This document shows, in pieces, positions 55,987-62,805 of a stretch of 62,805 nt of DNA. Each line of letters opens with the position of its first letter. Within the stretch, counting starts at the first letter, position 1. The notes beneath the pieces were generated by a model, which saw nothing but the letters and a program-made list of their open reading frames with translations, did not search any database and had not been told where the DNA came from. The stretch lies in IMG/VR virus record IMGVR_UViG_3300029317_000001, positions 1 through 62,805 of that record; one strand, given 5' to 3'. This DNA is from a virus. Taxonomy: Duplodnaviria > Caudoviricetes. The position numbers were made by a program, and so were the translations under genes.

Positions 55987-57116
55987 TATAAAATCTCCAA
56001 TGTTGTTGTATTTATAGCTTCAAGGATCACAAGATCCCCAGCTTCCAATTCTAAATCAGTACCCGCGGTTAACGTAAGCTTACTTCCAACAATGCTGAAG
56101 TTAGGATTACCTATGGTCAGTAGTTTACCCACGGCACCTAGTTCAACTCTCACGGTAAAGCGCCTGCCTTTCACGAGTACCGTAGGGAGCACAAGAGTAC
56201 CGTCACCTTCGAATACTATATCAGCTACTTCGACAGTATCAAGGATCGTAAAGGAGCCAGCGTCCGCTATGTACGTGGGAACACCTACGCTCATCGCAGC
56301 GTTCTCAGCTCTAGTAGCAGCGGTCTCCGCGTCACTCGCGCTTACTACGGCTTCCGCGGCACTGGCTGCAGCGTCTGAAGCATCCTGTTCAGCATTTAAC
56401 ACGCGACTATCTAAACCATCAAGGAACGTCTGCATGTTCTGTGCGTTATGCGTGAAGTTAGCACTATCAAGGCCCGTGATATCTGAGTGAGCGATAGTAG
56501 CACTATAAATCACTGCGTTACTAGTGGCATCCCATTTCCAATAACCTAAGTTAACTGGAGTGCCTACGTCCGTAGCATCTTTAAGATTACCGCTAGTAGC
56601 TATCAAGTGAGCATCATTACTATCTACGATATTACCACTAGTAGCTATCAAGTGAGCATCATTACTATCTACGATATTACCACTAGTAGCTATCGTATGG
56701 AAACCCGTGGTATCCGCAGCATCAATAGTTGAAAGGAATTCCACCGTCTGTGCGGTTGCGTCCCAACGGAAGTAACCATTAGCCACTGGAACGTTTACAT
56801 TGGTTAACTCCTCGATCGCTATGTCTAGAAGATCCACAGAGAGACCTGCGAGTTCCGAGAGTGTTGCTACGTCCACTCCATCTAGTTTAAAGATGATCTT
56901 GTGATCGTTGGGATCGTTAGCATCCAACCGAACACCTGTTGTTTCGTCTTCTAAGGAAATCAAAGGTACCTTAGCACCTCCGCCTGTAGTACCGTCATGC
57001 GTGTGACCTGTGGCAGCGTTGAAAGCTACTACCAGTTGATCAAACTCTGCATTCAAGATTGTGGCATCTACGATATCGCCATTAGAAAAGTTTGACTGTC
57101 TTACGTAATTAGACAT
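55986..57116 (-). CDS. Tail fibre / fibre-attachment protein
   Basis: N-terminal G.IVDA..LNAEFDQL..AF....GH.HDG anchor; follows the tail tubular genes. Confidence 0.7.
   Translation of the reverse strand: MSNYVRQSNFSNGDIVDATILNAEFDQLVVAFNAATGHTHDGTTGGGAKVPLISLEDETTGVRLDANDPNDHKIIFKLDGVDVATLSELAGLSVDLLDIAIEELTNVNVPVANGYFRWDATAQTVEFLSTIDAADTTGFHTIATSGNIVDSNDAHLIATSGNIVDSNDAHLIATSGNLKDATDVGTPVNLGYWKWDATSNAVIYSATIAHSDITGLDSANFTHNAQNMQTFLDGLDSRVLNAEQDASDAAASAAEAVVSASDAETAATRAENAAMSVGVPTYIADAGSFTILDTVEVADIVFEGDGTLVLPTVLVKGRRFTVRVELGAVGKLLTIGNPNFSIVGSKLTLTAGTDLELEAGDLVILEAINTTTLEIL
56586..56694. repeat. 45-bp in-frame tandem repeat (IATSGNIVDSNDAHL, ~2.4 copies)
   Basis: Near-identical DNA copies in the tail fibre gene. 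Confidence 0.9.
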
Positions 57117-58765
57117 TAAATCTTACCTCCGCCTGTTAATTCGACTTGCAAGCTCTGTAAATCAAAGGGTGCATCGTCTATTGTTTGTAATGATTTGATT
57201 CGGAAGGATACGACCTTACCTGAACCCTCGGTAAAGAGTGAACGGTCAGGTATATCTCTAGCTCCGAATTTAACCAAAGGATCCCCATAAGTAACGAGAG
57301 GGTCTCCGTACACCGCAGGCATTGAAATAACCGCCATTGGATAGATTGCTGGTTGAAACACGTCACTCGATTCGAAATCATAACGGATCTCGAGTCCCAT
57401 CTGAACATCACCTTCTGGTCTAGTTAGGAAATTAACCTTATGAATGTTCTTCCTAATACTCACGTCACCAAAATCCGTGTAAGGTGATTGAAACAAGTAA
57501 AAGATCTGAGCACCATCAAAGGTATTCCCTTGTTCCTGCTCACCTAGAGTCCCTGCTTGATTCCCGTGTATGATACGTTCCACGCCTTCATGGAAGTCAC
57601 TGTCAACACACGTAACGCCTAAGCCTTCCAGCTCCGCGAAACCCCAGTCAAACTTACCAGTAGCAGCATCGAAGGTATACGCAGCATTAAGCCCACGTTG
57701 TGAAGCATCGATGTTCTCCTTATCTATGTACCATATGCGATACTGGTTCTTAGCACGTACCACGGTTGAATAGAATTCATAGCGATCCGCTCTAGCTAAT
57801 ACAGGATCAAGTATCTTAGAAACCTTCCGACTCATGACTCCTAGTTCAATGTCGTTCAACCTCTCAGTGTTCTTAAGATTCCTAAGGCCATCGGGAGCTA
57901 AGAATAATAGATCACCACCAGCTTCCTGTATTGTGAAACCATCAACACACCCGATATCACGGGTCACTGGTTTAACCTCAGGAGTTCCCGTATCTAATCC
58001 TACTACTTTCCATATACTGTTCTCACAGAATACATAGAGAACATCACGGTGTGGTTTGAGACCTGTTATGATATCACCAACACTAATGGAACCTGCAGTA
58101 GATCCATTGAAGTTCTCCTGAGGTATCTCTTTGTCGTCATCCTCACCACCGATTAAATCCGTAGTAGCGTGGCTTGAGTAGTAGAAAGCCGAACGTTCCT
58201 GAGGGAATCCAGCGATCACTAGTTGATTCTTAAACACAGTACAGTACTTAGCACCTTCTAATGCTGTGCCTTCAACGATCTCCTTGGTCCGATAAGTTGC
58301 ACCAGTTCTTTGGTCTCCCACGATACTAATGACCTGAGGATTCCCTACACCATCAACAGCAAAGATATAATCCTTAGTTGCCCAAGTAAACGTTTCGAAC
58401 ATATACCTAGCAGAAGTATCTCTAGGTAACGCAGCGGTTCCTATGGCCGTAGCTTCGTTTACATTGGTTAAATCCTTGTTGATCTGTAACCAGTAGGACT
58501 CATCGAAACTATGGTACAATCCCGTACCTCTGGCAACTATAGTCCCTTTGTAGTTCTTGATACCTAAGATATCACCAGACTCAGGAACAGCTACATCATC
58601 GTGCTTAATGTAACCTGATATACGTCTGTAACCTCCTTGCTTGGAACACTCGAAGTTAGTCAATCTAATAGCTTCATTAGGTTTCGCTAGTAACTCCTGT
58701 GCATTGGACGCTAAGTTCAAGCCACCTCTAAACGGGATGACAACCGTGCTCATATTAAATGCCAT
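57116..58765 (-). CDS. Tail tubular protein B / nozzle (beta-propeller)
   Basis: F.GGLN...G.RR..G N-terminus, IGCV....IQE.GGDL.FLA.DG.R; position. Confidence 0.75.
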   Translation of the reverse strand: MAFNMSTVVIPFRGGLNLASNAQELLAKPNEAIRLTNFECSKQGGYRRISGYIKHDDVAVPESGDILGIKNYKGTIVARGTGLYHSFDESYWLQINKDLTNVNEATAIGTAALPRDTSARYMFETFTWATKDYIFAVDGVGNPQVISIVGDQRTGATYRTKEIVEGTALEGAKYCTVFKNQLVIAGFPQERSAFYYSSHATTDLIGGEDDDKEIPQENFNGSTAGSISVGDIITGLKPHRDVLYVFCENSIWKVVGLDTGTPEVKPVTRDIGCVDGFTIQEAGGDLLFLAPDGLRNLKNTERLNDIELGVMSRKVSKILDPVLARADRYEFYSTVVRAKNQYRIWYIDKENIDASQRGLNAAYTFDAATGKFDWGFAELEGLGVTCVDSDFHEGVERIIHGNQAGTLGEQEQGNTFDGAQIFYLFQSPYTDFGDVSIRKNIHKVNFLTRPEGDVQMGLEIRYDFESSDVFQPAIYPMAVISMPAVYGDPLVTYGDPLVKFGARDIPDRSLFTEGSGKVVSFRIKSLQTIDDAPFDLQSLQVELTGGGKI

Positions 58766-58766
58766 G

Positions 58767-59504
58767 TTAAATTGCCCTCATGCGTTCTTGTTTATTACTA
58801 AGCAGAGTCCTCTTCATGTCCGTTAGAGACTCACGATACTCACCTAGTGAAAAGTTAGCTTGCTCATGATTCTCACGAAACAACCACAAGTAGTATTTGA
58901 TCCTTGCCACTAGTACAGTAATGAATTCCTCAGGTACTGGGATTTCCTGTGTAGCATCAGTAAACCTAGTTACCGAATCACTAACGTTAAACTCAACCCA
59001 ATAGTCTTTATCAGGGACAGCAGTGAAGCCGAACTTCTCTGTTGAATGACGTATGACTGCGAAGGGAGTAGCTTGGTTCTTCACTGAGAAGTCACGTTCC
59101 CTGTGTTCCCTAATCCAAGTGTCGTAGGTGATCATCGGAAGCACCTTAGCTATCTCAGCTTCACTATCGATTACCAAGGGATCCTCACTCGTGATGTCCT
59201 TATCAGTGATTAAGAATGTATTCCAATCGATCACTAGACGGTTAGAATCCGTTAGGTACTGTGTGTCATACCACTGGACTCCTTTAGTTAACTGCCGAAT
59301 CTCAGTCATCGGCACACCAGCGGTAGCCGTCTGTAACCAAGGCCACTTAGTACTTGAATTAGTAACATCAAAGAAAGCTCTATTAGCTGATTCCTTGGCG
59401 AACTGTTGAAGACCACGTGCATTAGCGAACTGCTGCTCACTCATTGGTATTTCATTAACCTCACGTAACGCTAGGTTCGTAAGTTGTAGAAATGTATAGG
59501 CCAT
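58767..59504 (-). CDS. Tail tubular protein A / head-tail adaptor
   Basis: TFLQLTN.AL..VNE N-terminus; immediately after the capsid gene; AGGAGG RBS. Confidence 0.75.
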   Translation of the reverse strand: MAYTFLQLTNLALREVNEIPMSEQQFANARGLQQFAKESANRAFFDVTNSSTKWPWLQTATAGVPMTEIRQLTKGVQWYDTQYLTDSNRLVIDWNTFLITDKDITSEDPLVIDSEAEIAKVLPMITYDTWIREHRERDFSVKNQATPFAVIRHSTEKFGFTAVPDKDYWVEFNVSDSVTRFTDATQEIPVPEEFITVLVARIKYYLWLFRENHEQANFSLGEYRESLTDMKRTLLSNKQERMRAI

Positions 59505-59522
59505 TTGTATCCTCCTTAAACG

Positions 59523-59557
59523 AAAAAAGGGATCCAAGATTATCTCTCGGATCCCTT
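59523..59557 (-). terminator. Intrinsic terminator after the major capsid gene
   Basis: AAGGGATCCGAGA...TCTTGGATCCCTTTTTT. Confidence 0.85.
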
Positions 59558-59599
59558 GGGATTACTGTGCCGACCCACTGATGAGCCGACTAGTATTTA

Positions 59600-60634
59600 C
59601 TATGCGTATACTACGTAAGCCACTGTTAATGACTCTGGACGTATGATCGCACGACCGTAAACGTGTAAACCACGAATCAAGTCAGCAAAGGTAGACTCTG
59701 CTCGGATCTTCTCGACCTTGTCAATACAGCTAACTGTAGCAACCGCTGACATGTGACCAGCCATAACGATATCGCCTGTAACAGCACCCGCGTCATCACC
59801 ACCAAGTACGATGTTATCACCGCCTTGAGAACCATCGTCATCGCCTTGAGCTAATGCAGAACCAGTAGTATCGGTAATGAACTTAGCAGCGTTGTTGGTC
59901 TTGTAGATACTGAAACCACGTAACTTACCAGTCATCGCTAAACCATTCTTCAAACCACCTTCACCTTGGTTGTAATCCGTTGAAAGTAACTTCGAGTCTG
60001 TACGAGCTAGTAACTCCATGAAACGAGGAGACACTACAACGTAGCGACCTTCTTCAGGAACTTCAGCTTCATCCAGCTTAAGGCTAAGTAAAGAAAGTAG
60101 ATTCAATGGATCAGTTTCACCTGCGCCATGGCCTAAAGTAATAACATTAGGAGTTTCCTGTGCTGTCGCGTGAGTACCACCGTTAACGATGTTAGCCGCT
60201 TGAGCGCCTTCAGCCATGAAAGTTAAAACTTCACGATCGTAAGAGTTCTTCAATGCGAACGTAGCAGAACCTGTTGCTAATGATTCCCAGTTTACATGAG
60301 ATAACTTCTCTTCGATGTCATCTACTTTGAAAGCAAAGTGATTCGCTTGATCAATTTCGATTACAACATCGTTATCAGCTAACGCTTGTTCAGTGATTGA
60401 ATCACCACGCTTGTAAGGGCTTACTGTTAACACAGGCTCTAACATGATGCGAACACTATCACCAAATGAAGCTAGTTCACCGTAGTAATCTGAGTTAGTA
60501 ATACCTTCAACAACTGAACTAGTTCGGAAGAACATTAGAACACGTTGAGAGAAGATTTCTGGTGAGAAACCACCGACTGCTGCTGGTGAGTTACCACCGA
60601 AGTTAGTAGTTGACGCGCTATTAAACTTAGACAT
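59600..60634 (-). CDS. Major capsid protein
   Basis: F.PEIFS, TN.DY.GE...GDSVRI, F.FKVDDIE, LDEA.VP.EGR, RGLHVYG...IRPE. Confidence 0.92.
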   Translation of the reverse strand: MSKFNSASTTNFGGNSPAAVGGFSPEIFSQRVLMFFRTSSVVEGITNSDYYGELASFGDSVRIMLEPVLTVSPYKRGDSITEQALADNDVVIEIDQANHFAFKVDDIEEKLSHVNWESLATGSATFALKNSYDREVLTFMAEGAQAANIVNGGTHATAQETPNVITLGHGAGETDPLNLLSLLSLKLDEAEVPEEGRYVVVSPRFMELLARTDSKLLSTDYNQGEGGLKNGLAMTGKLRGFSIYKTNNAAKFITDTTGSALAQGDDDGSQGGDNIVLGGDDAGAVTGDIVMAGHMSAVATVSCIDKVEKIRAESTFADLIRGLHVYGRAIIRPESLTVAYVVYA

Positions 60635-60649
60635 TATTTGTCTCCTTTA

Positions 60650-61429
60650 TTAAGAATTATGATCGATACGGTTTTCCGCTTGGGCAAGTTTAATTGTCTC
60701 GTCCCACTTAGCGAAATCTGCTGGCGACATACTACGGATCTCTGAAGCTTTCCAGATTCTCGCAGGATGATTCAAACTAGTTGTTTCTACGTTACCACCT
60801 TGGGTATTCGAAACGAACTCATCTGCACCATTAGATGTATCTTGTGTAGTTTGGGTTTGACCTGACTCATACTTGTAAAGACTGAGCGCTTGAATCGCTA
60901 GCTCTGGATTATCAGGGTTATTATAGATCCAATCTTGTACGGTAGCTGTTTGTCTATCGGCCCACGCTGCGAACTGTGGGGATTCCACGATAAGTTCGAA
61001 GTCTGGATGAGCAGCTTTGATAGTTAATTCAGCACGTTCCATTTTGGTATCTAATAAATCATTCTGCATTGCACCCATAGTCTGGTCATACCCTTTAAGT
61101 TGGGTCTGAGAGATTTCTGTGGCCATATGTTGAATGACTGCGTACATGTCGGGGTTCGCCTGCTTGAAGGTCTCCATTTCTTCTGGAGTTCTCGGGGCTT
61201 GCACCTTAGGTACACCTTGTACTTGTAAGCTTTCAATCTGCTTCGTTAGCTCGTTAATCTTGCGAGAGTTGAACGATTGTAAGTCTTTATAACGTTTTTC
61301 CCAGTTATGTACTGGCTGTTCACTGGCTTGAGCGTTACCTTGATCTGAGGCTGCTTGATCAGTTCCTACGGAATCCATCTCTGGGTTACCTGCCTGATTT
61401 AGTAAACTACGTTGGGTTGTTTGAGTCAT
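60650..61429 (-). CDS. Scaffolding protein
   Basis: WEKRYKDL, HPDF...F..W, MS...F...I..A..E.RI; upstream of the capsid gene. Confidence 0.8.
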   Translation of the reverse strand: MTQTTQRSLLNQAGNPEMDSVGTDQAASDQGNAQASEQPVHNWEKRYKDLQSFNSRKINELTKQIESLQVQGVPKVQAPRTPEEMETFKQANPDMYAVIQHMATEISQTQLKGYDQTMGAMQNDLLDTKMERAELTIKAAHPDFELIVESPQFAAWADRQTATVQDWIYNNPDNPELAIQALSLYKYESGQTQTTQDTSNGADEFVSNTQGGNVETTSLNHPARIWKASEIRSMSPADFAKWDETIKLAQAENRIDHNS

Positions 61430-61511
61430 TATATCTCCTTGTCTAGGTCTTTACTCAGGGTACACTTGGATCCTTTATAAACGAGTTCTAGTTGTTGTTT
61501 GAAAGCAGAAG

Positions 61512-61727
61512 TTACCGTGTGGCTTTCTGCTCAGTTTTAAGTTGAGAAGGTAACGCTTCAATCTTACGAAGAGCAGCTAACTCTCCTTGAATCGTTTTCA
61601 ATTCCTTCTCATCACATTTCTGAAGTCGGTTAACTAGGGCTTCAATCTCGACCGCCAAGTAACCTTCGATTATGTCCCAGTGACTTGTGATCACTGGTTT
61701 CATATTGTACGCTTGGGAGTTCGCCAT
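61512..61727 (-). CDS. Small conserved protein between portal and scaffold
   Basis: IQG...ALRKI..LP motif. Confidence 0.65.
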   Translation of the reverse strand: MANSQAYNMKPVITSHWDIIEGYLAVEIEALVNRLQKCDEKELKTIQGELAALRKIEALPSQLKTEQKATR

Positions 61728-62805
61728 TAGACGCCCTCCACGTTGCCAGCGCCCGCAGTATTCGCGGTTGCATTAGATGTTCCTGCAGGACCTTCAGGTC
61801 CCATTTGATTAGCATTGGCTTGCTTCGACTGACTAGAGACTCCGCCTGCCATGCCTATGATCTCAGCGTATACCTTAGCTTCGTCCATATCATTAATGAT
61901 TTCCTCGGGATCCAAGTCCATACCCTTGACCAGTTCACGTATTAGGTACGGAAGCTTAATCATAGGAGCTAGTGCTGGGTTCTGCGACAATTGCAATAGA
62001 GTCTGCAAGCGTTGAACCTTGATCTCATTCTTAGTGTACGAGCGTATACCAGTGGCTACGCAATCGAAGTCACCTTCAGGGATCTTGTCTTGGTTATATT
62101 GATTGTTCCAGTAGAATAACATCTGGCCCATAGGCTGCAGAAGATCATCATCTAGATTACGGATAACTGTCTTGATGTTCAGACTCGCGTTCTCTAGGAT
62201 CATATTAAGACCTGAGGCTGTACGTCCTGTGCCTGAGACACCTGTTTGGCCGTGTGACACGCTAGGAATACCTGTGGCTTCATCAGCTTGTCTACGGAAC
62301 GTGTCCATCATTTGCAGATTCTCATTAGCAGTCGATGGGAACTTAATACCAGTTACCGCACTGCCCGCTTGACCGCCTTGGCGTCTAAAGACTTTCCCGG
62401 GATAAATGTCGTAGTCTTGACCAGCTACTAGCATTGTTTCATCGATATCGAATACCATGTTACCTGCGAGAGCTAAGTTATCTACGGCTAGTCTAGCGAA
62501 ACCGTTCATCATCTTCTGTGAGTCTTCCATGCACTCAGGTACACCAGTACCATAGAGATTATAAGCATCTTGTTCATAGTTAAACAGGAAGTAAGGAATG
62601 CGTTGAGGTAAGAAAGGGTTCGTAGTAATACGTAAGATCTCTTGCCCACAGATCCAAAGGTTCACCTGTACTTGAGGGGCATCACCATCTAATGGTAGTC
62701 CTGCTTGTAAGGCTTCCTCTTTACTAATGTAACCCCAGTACTCCAAGACTTCCCAGAGTTTACCTTCGTTCATGATTGCTTCTTCTTCCCGCACGATATG
62801 CTCGA
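61727..62805 (-). CDS. Portal protein, 3' part
   Basis: NPF...IPY...YE...YG.GV...M.D.Q..MNG..R..VDN.AL.GN; RTASG..M. Confidence 0.88.
   Translation of the reverse strand, partial: EHIVREEEAIMNEGKLWEVLEYWGYISKEEALQAGLPLDGDAPQVQVNLWICGQEILRITTNPFLPQRIPYFLFNYEQDAYNLYGTGVPECMEDSQKMMNGFARLAVDNLALAGNMVFDIDETMLVAGQDYDIYPGKVFRRQGGQAGSAVTGIKFPSTANENLQMMDTFRRQADEATGIPSVSHGQTGVSGTGRTASGLNMILENASLNIKTVIRNLDDDLLQPMGQMLFYWNNQYNQDKIPEGDFDCVATGIRSYTKNEIKVQRLQTLLQLSQNPALAPMIKLPYLIRELVKGMDLDPEEIINDMDEAKVYAEIIGMAGGVSSQSKQANANQMGPEGPAGTSNATANTAGAGNVEGV

Noticed and set aside
1648-62372. Numerous short antisense or alternate-frame ORFs in the six-frame track
   Set aside because: They lie opposite or within well-supported genes, lack RBS and motifs, and look like shadow ORFs
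62679-62805. Biological direct terminal repeat
   Set aside because: It is exactly 127 nt and falls mid-portal gene, consistent with an assembler k-mer overlap
1-62805. Stop-codon recoding, DGR/retron, or lysogeny module
   Set aside because: Core genes are intact in the standard code and end with all three stop codons; no reverse transcriptase, integrase or repressor was recognised; PolA has the T7-like Tyr in motif B, typical of lytic phages

Overview
The window is an apparently complete, circularly permuted genome (~62.7 kb; the 127-nt end overlap splits the portal gene) of a lytic podovirus-like dsDNA phage. Its host is probably a Gammaproteobacterium, inferred from sigma70 promoters and an rrn-type boxA. 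Two arms diverge from a ~2.4-kb non-coding region (4355-6772) that holds two repeat arrays and the likely physical termini. The + arm carries early/accessory genes, then rIIA/rIIB, SSB, NAD+ salvage (NMNAT-Nudix + Nampt), a T7-like primase-helicase, PolA, ligase, exonuclease, RusA, ThyX, PhoH, class I RNR and an endolysin. The - arm carries an ECF-like sigma factor, TerS, TerL, tRNA-Asn, portal, scaffold, capsid, tail and ejection proteins. No phage RNA polymerase or integrase was recognised. The most striking signals are in RNA. A complete tRNA-like gene is nested inside the anticodon arm of a second tRNA-like frame (13078-13230), flanked by two larger CCA-terminated tRNA-mimic RNAs. A ~650-nt ORF-free, extensively self-complementary early leader (candidate large ncRNA) lies between a boxA site and an RNase III-like stem. 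All protein calls come from motif recognition by eye and all folds were found by hand; no searches or folding programs were run.
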